From Bacilli bacterium (GTDB lineage: Bacteria; Bacillota_I; Bacilli_A; RF39; UBA660): 33,744 nt of DNA. Made by a program: the position numbers and the translations under genes. Location of the stretch: the NCBI GenBank assembly GCA_035388245.1, contig DAOOPL010000002.1:1-33744 (forward strand). Reading direction: 5' to 3'. A model generated the notes under the pieces. That model made no database searches, was not told where the DNA came from, and was given only the letters and a program-made list of their open reading frames with translations. Shown piece after piece: positions 18,196 through 26,344 of this stretch (within the stretch, counting starts at the first letter, position 1; each line of letters begins with the position of its first letter).

Positions 18196-18888
18196 TTGAC
18201 AACTAATGATAAGTTTATTAAGCTAAAGGCAACACTAGCAATATTTATGTACATATTTTATGAAAGTATTACAAATTATATTGTAAAATTATTACATATT
18301 GATATTGATGCATTATCTAAATCTATGAAAGTAGTTTATGTAGCGTCTGGTGAAGTCTTATGTTTATTATTTATAATATTTTTATATAGGAAACAAATAG
18401 TAAATGGTTTAAAAGAAATTAAAAAAAAGTTAGAAGAATATGCATTCTTTGGTGGTAAAGTATGGTTAATTGGTGCTTTTGCTATGAGTGTATCAACATA
18501 TATTATTGGGGGAATACTTAATAAACCAATATCTGATAATGAGACTGCTGTTAGAACTTTAATTCAAATGTATCCCGCATATATGCTTTTTTCTACTTTT
18601 ATATTTGCACCTATAGTAGAAGAATTAGTAGCTAGAAAAGCTATTAGAGATTTAATAAAAAATGATAAGATATTCTTAATTGTGAGTGGTTTATCATTTG
18701 GAGTATTACATGTAGTATTTACTGCTAAAGTACCACTTGATTTATTATATGCAATACCATATAGTGCAATGGGAGTTGCATTTGCATATATGCTATTAAA
18801 GAAAAAAAATATTGCACTACCTATTACTGTACATATGCTTCATAATGCTGCTCTTGTACTAGTACAAATAATTGGAGGATTAGTATGA
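18196..18888 (+). CDS. CPBP family intramembrane glutamic endopeptidase (Abi/Rce1-like)
   Basis: Motifs EELVARK (EExxxR), FGVLH (FxxxH) and HMLHN (HxxxN). Multiple TM helices. TTG start after GGAAGTGA, with an extended -10 TGATATAAT upstream. Confidence 0.8.
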   Translation: MTTNDKFIKLKATLAIFMYIFYESITNYIVKLLHIDIDALSKSMKVVYVASGEVLCLLFIIFLYRKQIVNGLKEIKKKLEEYAFFGGKVWLIGAFAMSVSTYIIGGILNKPISDNETAVRTLIQMYPAYMLFSTFIFAPIVEELVARKAIRDLIKNDKIFLIVSGLSFGVLHVVFTAKVPLDLLYAIPYSAMGVAFAYMLLKKKNIALPITVHMLHNAALVLVQIIGGLV

Positions 18889-19706
18889 GTAAACCAAAAA
18901 AAGAAAATAGAAACTATAAAAATTTATTTTTATTCTTATTTGCTATAACAATAGGTGTACTTTATTCAATGTATGTAGGTACTTTAGGTATGTTTACAAA
19001 AGAATATAGTATTACTAATAGTAAATTACCTAAAGATTTTTATGGATTAAAAATAATACATATATCTGATCTTCATTATGGAGATTATGTAAATGAATCA
19101 TTCTTAAAAAAGTTAGTTGCTAAGATTAATGCATATAAACCTGATATTGTAATATATACTGGTGATTTATATAAGAAGTTTAGTGCACCTGTTCAAGAAG
19201 ATAAAGTTATAATAATAAATTATTTATCAAAAATAATATCTAAATATGGTAATTATTATGTTAAGGGTAATCATGATAGAAAAGGTTATGAAGATATTAT
19301 GAATGCTGCTGGTTTTTATAATTTAAATGAAAAAGAAGATATTATATATGGAGAAAATAATAATCAAATATTACTAATTGCTAGTAATAATGCTAAAAAA
19401 TACTTAGATAAAAATAAAGATATAAGTGGTTATAAAATATTAGTAATGCATAAACCTGATGATATATTAGCATTAAAAGATTATAACTTTGAATTAGCTT
19501 TAGCAGGTCATTCACATAATGGACAAATAAATATCCCATATATTAAAGAATTATATATGCCTAAAGGATCTAAGACATATAATAAACCTTATTATAAAGT
19601 AAATAATACCGATTTATATATATCTAGTGGTCTTGGTACATCATTATTAAATTTAAGACTTTTCTCACATCCATCATTTAACTTATATAGAATTACAAAT
19701 AAATAA
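18885..19706 (+). CDS. Membrane-anchored metallophosphoesterase (YkuE/calcineurin-like)
   Basis: Motifs ISDLHYG, GDLY, GNHD and GHSHNGQ. N-terminal TM helix. 4-nt overlap with the upstream CPBP gene. Confidence 0.85.
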   Translation: MSKPKKENRNYKNLFLFLFAITIGVLYSMYVGTLGMFTKEYSITNSKLPKDFYGLKIIHISDLHYGDYVNESFLKKLVAKINAYKPDIVIYTGDLYKKFSAPVQEDKVIIINYLSKIISKYGNYYVKGNHDRKGYEDIMNAAGFYNLNEKEDIIYGENNNQILLIASNNAKKYLDKNKDISGYKILVMHKPDDILALKDYNFELALAGHSHNGQINIPYIKELYMPKGSKTYNKPYYKVNNTDLYISSGLGTSLLNLRLFSHPSFNLYRITNK

Positions 19707-19727
19707 AAGACTCATATGAGTCTTTTT
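19706..19727. terminator. Bidirectional terminator
   Basis: Palindrome AAAAGACTCAT/ATGAGTCTTTT between convergent genes. Confidence 0.65.
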
Positions 19728-20049
19728 AAATATCTATTTCATCTATATATTTTTTTAATTTCTTAGCATCTTCTTTTAATATTATTTTTAATTGATTATC
19801 AATTTCTACAATACCTTGAGCACCTAGTTTCTGTATAGCAACTTTATTAACTAAACTAGTATCCTTAAGTGTAACTATAAATCTTGATACATTAACTTCA
19901 ATATTAATAATATTGCCTTTACCACCAAGATACTCTACTAATTTATTAGCTTCTAGACTAAAGTCTTCTTTACCTGCTTTCATAACAACAAGAGCTATTA
20001 CAATAAGTACTACTGCTAATATTAAATATTTAATTATTACAAACGACAT
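19726..20049 (-). CDS. Membrane-anchored PTS EIIB(Glc)-like domain protein lacking the phospho-Cys
   Basis: LVEYLGGKGNIINIEVNVSRFIVTLKD...LGAQGIVEIDNQLKIIL follows the EIIB type-1 pattern (LGG..NI.....C.TRLR), but the CxTRLR Cys position reads V-S-R-F. N-terminal TM helix. ATG at 20047-20049 after AAGGTGA. Confidence 0.5.
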   Translation of the reverse strand: MSFVIIKYLILAVVLIVIALVVMKAGKEDFSLEANKLVEYLGGKGNIINIEVNVSRFIVTLKDTSLVNKVAIQKLGAQGIVEIDNQLKIILKEDAKKLKKYIDEIDI

Positions 20050-20074
20050 ATCTATCACCTTGATACATTATATC

Positions 20075-20103
20075 AAAAAAAAATAATATTAACAAATATT
20101 ATT
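20075..20103 (-). terminator. AT-only hairpin plus T-run after the 170-aa ORF, fused to an extended -10
   Basis: AATAATATT-TGTT-AATATTATT followed by T8 on the minus strand, then TGATATAAT (20068-20076). Confidence 0.45.
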
Positions 20104-20104
20104 T

Positions 20105-20617
20105 TTAATCTTCCGTCTTCTTCTTTGGATATTTTTTTATCTTTCCTTTTCTTCTTACAATAATAAAATCATCTGGATTCTCACCGGGTTTTAAATGTTT
20201 CATTTTAGGTAAGTCTCGTTTTATTTTATATATTTGCTCTAATGTCTCTAATTCATATTGTTTTTTTATACAATCTTTTTTAACTTCAACGTTATTATTA
20301 TCTTTTTCTATTATTTCTTGAAGTTTTCCTAATAATTTATATATATCCTTATATTTACTATCTAGTTTATTTCTTGATAATTTAATATACTTACTGTAAT
20401 CATAAATCCATTTAAGATTCTTAAAGTACTCTACATCTTCTTTATTAGAAAATTTCATATATGCACTTTGATTACCTTTATCAATAATTGTATGTTTTTT
20501 TGCAAGAATTGATAATATTGATTGTGGTATTTCTCCTTCAATATAAATAAGCATTGTAATATCAATTAACTGTACATATACAACTTCTTTATCATTTTCT
20601 AATTCAAATATTTTCAT
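20105..20617 (-). CDS. Hypothetical protein (170 aa), Lys-rich C-terminus
   Basis: ORF with RBS AAGGAG. I recognise no motif. Confidence 0.5.
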   Translation of the reverse strand: MKIFELENDKEVVYVQLIDITMLIYIEGEIPQSILSILAKKHTIIDKGNQSAYMKFSNKEDVEYFKNLKWIYDYSKYIKLSRNKLDSKYKDIYKLLGKLQEIIEKDNNNVEVKKDCIKKQYELETLEQIYKIKRDLPKMKHLKPGENPDDFIIVRRKGKIKKYPKKKTED

Positions 20618-20647
20618 GTCATACTCCTTTTATTTAAATAAACAAAA

Positions 20648-21491
20648 TTACTCGATTTCAAGTTCCTCTTTTTTATTTTGAGTCAAGTCAACATAATTTT
20701 GATTTGTAATTACACTAGTCTTTAATTCTTTTTCTAATTCTGTTCTTGCTTTTTTAATAACTTTATCTGCAATGTTTACATCTTTTTTCAAATTGTTCAT
20801 ACCAATTGAATTGTTTTTTCTATGTATTTCAACAGCAGAAGCCTCTCCTAAATTGGTTAAAGCAAGCTCGATGTTGGTCATTGAATCTCTAAGGTTCCTG
20901 CTTCTATGTATGCCTTTAATTTTTTCATATTTACTAGCTGTTAAATCAAATCCAGACTTATATATCTCATTTGTAAGAATTGCATAATTTTTACTTACAG
21001 TTATTCATCTTTCTTTCCACTCATCTGTTAAATTGTGTCTTGTTACTATCCCCTTTTCTCTTTGTAAAATCCAAGACTTTGAATATCCCTTTTTTTCATA
21101 TAATTCTTTCATTCTATTCATGGCTATTTCTGGATTATTAATTTCCTCTATTCTCTCGCTGCCAACATGAGCTAACCACAATTTAAAAGGTTCTGCCTTT
21201 TGTGATGGTATAGATTGAATAATACGTAATACTCCATTGGTATCAGCACAATCAGTTTCATATTTTTTTTCCGTCAGAAGATTGTACTTTTAGTTGTACG
21301 ATAATTTCGTACAACTCAATGTTATACCCTTCTCTTTTTAATTTTATCTTTAAATCACTCCAATATCTTCTTGGATTGTTACTACCTGTTAATACAAAAA
21401 TTATATCTATAATACTAAAATACCACTTATCATTTTTCCATAATTTTCTAATTTCTTTTTCTTCAAAAAGAGCTAAGCTATTACTTTTCAT
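20648..21491 (-). pseudogene. Disrupted Bro-N / DinD-like (DNA-damage-inducible protein D family) gene
   Basis: Three collinear pieces restore a protein of about 281 aa. It begins MKSNSLALFEEKEIRKLWKNDKWYFSIIDIIFVLTGSNNPRRYWSDLK...DGKK and continues (Y)ETDCADTNGVLRIIQSIPSQKAEPFKLWLAHVGSERIEEINNPEIA...LTDEWKER, then * followed by ITVSKNYAILTNEI...NLRDSMTNIELALTNLGEAS. There are two lesions: an A8 run (T8 on plus, 21263-21270), where A7 would keep the frame, and an in-frame TGA at 21005-21007. Confidence 0.75.
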
Positions 21492-21544
21492 AAAATCACC
21501 TTCTATATATATTATACTACATAAAAGCGATAAACTCCTCTTAA

Positions 21545-21572
21545 TAAAAAAATCACTTATATTTAGTGATTT
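21545..21572 (-). terminator. tRNA-Ala terminator
   Basis: AAATCACT-AAATATA-AGTGATTT followed by T7 on the minus strand, 14 nt after the CCA end. Confidence 0.6.
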
Positions 21573-21585
21573 AATTTTTAAACTT

Positions 21586-21662
21586 TGGTGGAGCTTAGGG
21601 GATTCGAACCCCTGACCTTCTCGGTGCAAGCGAGACGCTCTAGCCAGCTGAGCTAAAGCCCC
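21586..21662 (-). tRNA. tRNA-Ala (anticodon UGC), CCA encoded
   Basis: GGGGCTTTAGCTCAGCTGGCTAGAGCGTCTCGCTTGCACCGAGAAGGTCAGGGGTTCGAATCCCCTAAGCTCCACCA folds as a cloverleaf. It has the G3:U70 Ala identity pair and an anticodon loop CTTGCAC. Confidence 0.95.
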
Positions 21663-21728
21663 ATTAATGCACCTGAACCCAGATGCATAAATAATGATAC
21701 CAAAAAGTAGTTAAAAAATCAAGTTTAT

Positions 21729-22553
21729 TTATTTCTTATCATAATCATCTAGAAAATTAGTTTTAATATTATCTTTTGTATATCCAATTATTGCATTTAA
21801 ATTAATATTTGAAACACTATTAAATATATTATTTTCAACATACTTATTATCTGTTTGTAATTCTTTTATTAATTCTTTTATATCTTTTCTTTTTGATTTA
21901 TGCTCTTTATTTTCTACTTCTTCTGTAAATTTACATGCACAATTAATAAATTGTAAATCATTATATTTTGCCCAAGAAATTATATCCTTTTCTCTTACAA
22001 AGTACATTGGCCTTATTAATTCTAAACCTTTAAAGTTTTTACTTTTTACTTTTGGCATCATAGTTTTAATTTCTCCAGCATATAATATATTAAGTAATAT
22101 TGTTTCTATCACATCATCAAAATGATGACCAAGTACTATCTTATTACATTCTAATGTCTTAGCAATATTATATAGATGCCCTCTTCTCATCCTAGCACAT
22201 AAATAACAAGGTGTTTCTTTACTTATTTTATCTGCTACAGAAAAGATATTAGTACTAAATATTTGTGCATTAATATTTAGTTTTTTTATGTTATTTTCTA
22301 CTAATTCTAATACATTATTATTATATCCTGGATCCATAATTATATATTTTACTTCAAATTTTATTTTATTATGTTTTTGCAATTCTTCAATACACTTAGC
22401 CATAAGAAAAGAGTCTTTACCACCAGATATACATACTGCTAGTTTATCATTATCATTTATTAACTTATATTCTTTAATAGCTTTAATAAATTGACTCCAT
22501 ATTTCTTTTCTATATTTTTTTATTATACTTTTTTCTATTTCTTTGCTATTCAT
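21729..22553 (-). CDS. ttcA: TtcA-family PP-loop ATPase (tRNA 2-thiocytidine synthase-like)
   Basis: PP-loop SGGKDS, PCYLCARMRRGHLY (the CxxC-RxRRG signature of TtcA) and further downstream Cys residues (NCACKF). 274 aa. Confidence 0.75.
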   Translation of the reverse strand: MNSKEIEKSIIKKYRKEIWSQFIKAIKEYKLINDNDKLAVCISGGKDSFLMAKCIEELQKHNKIKFEVKYIIMDPGYNNNVLELVENNIKKLNINAQIFSTNIFSVADKISKETPCYLCARMRRGHLYNIAKTLECNKIVLGHHFDDVIETILLNILYAGEIKTMMPKVKSKNFKGLELIRPMYFVREKDIISWAKYNDLQFINCACKFTEEVENKEHKSKRKDIKELIKELQTDNKYVENNIFNSVSNINLNAIIGYTKDNIKTNFLDDYDKK

Positions 22554-22570
22554 TATACTTGTCCTTCTTA

Positions 22571-23770
22571 CTATACTCTATTTAATATATTTTGCTGTTT
22601 TTTTAATAAAGTTTCAACTTTTTCTTTGTCTGTAGGAAAATAATATATATGATAATATTTAAAGTATTCATATAAGAAGTCTTTTATACCCTTTATTAAA
22701 TCATTCTTATATTTATAACATTGACTACTTTTGTTTTTAAATATTTCTTCTATCATATTAATAATTATATCCATATCAAATTTATCAGTAGAGATATATA
22801 ATCTTTCAATCTCTTCTTTTATTACTTTTCTATATGCTGTTGCTATATCTTTAGGAATAATATTTTTATTTATTGTTCTAATAAATGAATTTGTTAAATT
22901 ATTATATTCTAGTTGATTACCATGACAATCTAATACTAGTTTATTGTTCTTTTTATGTAATAATTCTATTCTTGTTGGATAAGTAATATAACTATTTGGT
23001 ATTTCTCTAACACGATTTGATATTATCTTATTATATGGATCAATAATTGGTGAAAATAAAGGTATATTTTTTAGTGTGAATTTAGGTATTGATCCAACGG
23101 TTATAATAATATCTTCATCTTTATTTAATAACTCTGTTAATATCTTTGAAAGATTTATCATTTCTAGTTTTAAATGACTTCTTGTTTCAAATATACTTCC
23201 ACCTCTAAATATTGTATCCATTAATTCACCAGTACATCCATTAAATATAACTATATTTTGAGTACTACTATTCTTGCTTTTTATTATATTATTAATAGTT
23301 ATATCTTTATCTTCTTCTTTTATCTTATAATACTTCTCATATATTTCTTTTTTAATTGTAGATAGTGGTATAATTCCTTCCTTTCTATACATAATAACAT
23401 CTTGAAAATAAAAGTCTCTTTCTAAGTCAATTGCTTTATCAAATTTTAGTTGTCTTGCTAATACTTGTTTAATATATTCAATACTTCTATCTTTATTAAT
23501 ATTATCTAGTATAATCTCATTACTATTATTAGTAGGTGTTGCAAAATTATAGCTATTTACTTTTATTCCATTATTAATTAATACTTTCTTTAAAATATCA
23601 TTTTGATCAAAAAAAGGTGCAATAGAATCACTCATAGAATATCCAGTAGATAATGAATTTCCAATAACAATAAAATTAACACATTCAATATTTAGTGTCT
23701 TTAAAACCTTTACTAATTTTGTTGAAAGAAAACGTTCTATGTTTTTTAAACTTTGTATATCTTTTTCCAT
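22571..23770 (-). CDS. Hypothetical protein (399 aa), possibly a divergent SGNH/GDSL-like fold
   Basis: FIVIGNSLSTGYS resembles block I (GDSxxxG with D to N), VIFNGCTGE loosely resembles block III, and LDCHGNQ loosely resembles block V. It is tightly coupled to both neighbours, with 21-nt and 17-nt gaps that contain RBSs. Confidence 0.35.
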   Translation of the reverse strand: MEKDIQSLKNIERFLSTKLVKVLKTLNIECVNFIVIGNSLSTGYSMSDSIAPFFDQNDILKKVLINNGIKVNSYNFATPTNNSNEIILDNINKDRSIEYIKQVLARQLKFDKAIDLERDFYFQDVIMYRKEGIIPLSTIKKEIYEKYYKIKEEDKDITINNIIKSKNSSTQNIVIFNGCTGELMDTIFRGGSIFETRSHLKLEMINLSKILTELLNKDEDIIITVGSIPKFTLKNIPLFSPIIDPYNKIISNRVREIPNSYITYPTRIELLHKKNNKLVLDCHGNQLEYNNLTNSFIRTINKNIIPKDIATAYRKVIKEEIERLYISTDKFDMDIIINMIEEIFKNKSSQCYKYKNDLIKGIKDFLYEYFKYYHIYYFPTDKEKVETLLKKQQNILNRV

Positions 23771-23791
23771 GTTCCACCTTAAAAATAAATA

Positions 23792-25327
23792 TTATTTTCT
23801 CTTACTTAATATCTTATTTATTCTAAACATTTTTAACTTTCTTAATAACTCAGGAAATTTATTTCTTAAAAACTTCTTTATTTTTCTTTTTGTTACATTT
23901 TTTAATTCTTCTTTTTTAATTAATATTTTCTTAGGAACCAATTTGCTTGTAAATGTCCAATCAAGAAATTTCTCTATTGGCCCTCCAATAATTTTAGGCA
24001 TTTTAGCTACTTTTTTATATCTTCTTATATATTTATTAAAATATGTTGCTGCAAATAAAACTTCTGTTTTAGAAAATCCTTTTTGTTCAAAAAACACTTT
24101 GTCTTTTGATTCAAGATTTTCATTAATAATACCTATTTTTCTTGCTATTTGTTCCAATTCTGTCTGAGGAAATGGGGTAAATATATTTGGTATCATTTCA
24201 TCTGCTTTTAGTTTTGCATTAAGTTTTATTGTTTTTAATACTTTATGTAAATTCTCATATGGTAAACCAACTATATTATATGTTAATGTTTTAATTTTAT
24301 ATTTATTAAACCAATTACATGAATTTATCATTTGTTCATCAGTTGTAAATCTCTTTAAGTATTTCTTTCTAATTTCTTCATCTCCACTTTCAAGTCCAAC
24401 GTCTATTTGATAACACCCTGCTTCTGCAATCTTCTTAACAACACTCTCTGTTAAAAGATCAAACCTTAAATTACATGTAAAAGGTAATTTAATTTCTTTA
24501 TTATATAATTCAATAAACTCATCAAACCATTTTGCATACATATTAAATATTGCATCTCTAAAATTAATTATTTTTGTTTTAGGATACTTATTTAATAATA
24601 CTTTCAAATATTTAATAGCATTTTCTGGACTTCTAAATCTAGCATATTTTCCTTTATTAGGATATATACTTCTAAATAAAGAATTACCACAATATGTACA
24701 ACTAAAAATACAACCTCTACTTACCATTACAAGTAATGTATTAAGTTTAGTACTAATTAAATTATCATAATCAAATAATTCAAAATCTGGGAATGGTAAT
24801 GTGTCTAAATCTTCAACTAGTGGTCTAACCTCATTTATTATTTGTCCTTTAGGAGTATTAAAATAAAAACTCTTTACATCATAATAATTCTTATTCTTAC
24901 TCATTTTATCCATTAATTCTAATGTTGGATATTCTCCTTCTCCTACACATACTGCATCTATTTTTTCAATATTTAATAGTTCAAGAGGAGCACACATTGC
25001 ATGATAACCTCCAGCATGTACAAAAGCTTTAGGGCATGCTTCTTTTGCCCATTTAATTATACTTTTAGAATATAAAAACATAGTAGTTCTTATACTAAAA
25101 CCTATTAAATCAGCATTATATTTTTTTATTTCTTTTTTAAACTCTTCTTCTTCGTACTGGTAATGCATATGAAATAATTTAACATTGTATCCACCTTTTT
25201 TAATTACTGCAGATATAGATGCTAAACCTTCACTATAATTACCACCAGTATGATTTTTTTTAGTATCAATTTCAGTAAAATCTGGATATACTAAAAGTAA
25301 AGTTAACTTTTTATTACTATTTTTCAT
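23792..25327 (-). CDS. B12-binding-domain radical SAM enzyme
   Basis: An N-terminal Rossmann-like B12-binding region (LLLVYPDF...GLASISAVIKKGGYNVKLF) followed by the radical SAM motif SRGCIFSCTYCGNS (CxxxCxxC). 511 aa with a basic C-terminal tail. Confidence 0.85.
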   Translation of the reverse strand: MKNSNKKLTLLLVYPDFTEIDTKKNHTGGNYSEGLASISAVIKKGGYNVKLFHMHYQYEEEEFKKEIKKYNADLIGFSIRTTMFLYSKSIIKWAKEACPKAFVHAGGYHAMCAPLELLNIEKIDAVCVGEGEYPTLELMDKMSKNKNYYDVKSFYFNTPKGQIINEVRPLVEDLDTLPFPDFELFDYDNLISTKLNTLLVMVSRGCIFSCTYCGNSLFRSIYPNKGKYARFRSPENAIKYLKVLLNKYPKTKIINFRDAIFNMYAKWFDEFIELYNKEIKLPFTCNLRFDLLTESVVKKIAEAGCYQIDVGLESGDEEIRKKYLKRFTTDEQMINSCNWFNKYKIKTLTYNIVGLPYENLHKVLKTIKLNAKLKADEMIPNIFTPFPQTELEQIARKIGIINENLESKDKVFFEQKGFSKTEVLFAATYFNKYIRRYKKVAKMPKIIGGPIEKFLDWTFTSKLVPKKILIKKEELKNVTKRKIKKFLRNKFPELLRKLKMFRINKILSKRK

Positions 25328-25378
25328 TTAATCACCAATAATAGTATAACATAAAAAAAAGAAAAAGATTCTCTTTTC

Positions 25379-25753
25379 CTATAAATTAAATGGCTCTGGA
25401 CATAAATACTTAACTTCATATTCCTTTATATCACCAGTACTATTCATACATACTATTTTTTTATCTGTTTCAAAAAACTCTGTTATTACTTGTCTACATA
25501 TAAAACATGGAACACTAATATCATTAGTATTATTAATAATATACATTGTTTCAAAATCATTCTTTTTATATCCTGCAGAAATAGCGTTATATATTGCTAC
25601 TCTTTCTGCACATACAGTAGCTCCATAACTAGCATTTTCAACATTAACTCCATTAAACTCTTTTCCATCTTTCATAACTACTATCGCTGCAACCTTATAT
25701 TTAGAATATGGACTATAACTATTATCTAATAACTTTATTAATTTATCTTTCAT
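25379..25753 (-). CDS. cdd: Cytidine deaminase
   Basis: Zinc motifs CAERVAI and PCFICRQ. 124 aa, consistent with the homotetrameric type. Confidence 0.9.
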   Translation of the reverse strand: MKDKLIKLLDNSYSPYSKYKVAAIVVMKDGKEFNGVNVENASYGATVCAERVAIYNAISAGYKKNDFETMYIINNTNDISVPCFICRQVITEFFETDKKIVCMNSTGDIKEYEVKYLCPEPFNL

Positions 25754-25806
25754 CTTATTCTCCTATAAAAATTATATCATAATTTTTCTATTGTTTTTAC
25801 TTATCA

Positions 25807-26283
25807 TTATTTTGGGACAATAATTTTTATTTTTTTTGCTCCTTTAATAATGCCATAATCAACTATTTCCAGTTCAATTCTACTTAGTTTGTCATAAATT
25901 TCTTCTGAATTATTAATATTTGAGAAATCAGATTTTGATATTCCAAATAAGGCACAATTTTCATCAATATAATCTAAAAAAGGATTTATATATATTGGAA
26001 CTTCCGTCTTATATAAAACATTTATTGCTCGAATTCCTTCTATTAATAGTGCTTTCATTTTATTTTTTTGAGATAAATATTGTTCAACTTCACTATAATT
26101 TTCAATAACTTTTCTAAATTATTCTATAAAATGATGATTAGGAGAAATATTTATACTATCAACATTCTTTAAATTATATAGCTTATACGCATAAATATTT
26201 ATAAAACTATCAACCAACTGATTTACTCTTTTGCTATTTTGATTCGTTAATAAAAAATTAACATTATATAGTTCTCTTTTCAT
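25807..26283 (-). pseudogene. Hypothetical gene interrupted by one in-frame TAA (or two adjacent small ORFs of 54 and 83 aa)
   Basis: The ATG at 26281-26283 has a strong SD (AGGTGA) and is in frame with the track ORF 25807-26058 (offset 225 nt). The only stop between them is the TAA at 26119-26121. The ATG at 26056-26058 has no SD. Confidence 0.35.
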
Positions 26284-26344
26284 AATTCTCACCTCAAAAT
26301 AATTATAATATAAATTAAAATATTAATATACTTTTTTTACTGTT

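Noticed and set aside
20772-20987. Plus-strand 71-aa ORF.
   Set aside because: It is antisense to the C-terminal part of the Bro-N/DinD-like pseudogene and has no supporting signal.
21005-21007. Possibility that the in-frame TGA reflects an alternative genetic code, either TGA=Trp (code 4) or TGA=Gly (code 25).
   Set aside because: All long housekeeping genes in the window (pnp, infB, ffh, rnj, nusA and others) are full length with TGA treated as stop. The Trp codon I checked (in pnp) is TGG, and TGA terminates the first fragment of the Bro-N/DinD-like pseudogene (21258-21260). A nonsense mutation in an already frameshifted gene is the simpler reading.
21492-21629. N-terminal extension of track ORF 21258-21629 (MHREGQGFESPKLHQ...), and the antisense ORF 21319-21615.
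   Set aside because: The extension reads through tRNA-Ala and its terminator. The Bro-N homology begins at the internal ATG at 21489-21491.
19700-21662. A direct repeat of the tRNA-Ala 3' end that would delimit an island, analogous to the tRNA-Pro case.
   Set aside because: By eye I found no second copy of the tRNA-Ala 3' segment (GGAGCTTAGGGGATTCGAA) in the window, so no island boundary can be claimed. A proper k-mer search would be needed.
25330-25378. Treating cdd as the first gene of the rSAM / SGNH-like / ttcA operon.
   Set aside because: The 51-nt gap contains a bulged hairpin plus T8 and a TGTTATACT extended -10, so the rSAM trio probably has its own promoter. Readthrough from cdd remains possible, but it is not required.
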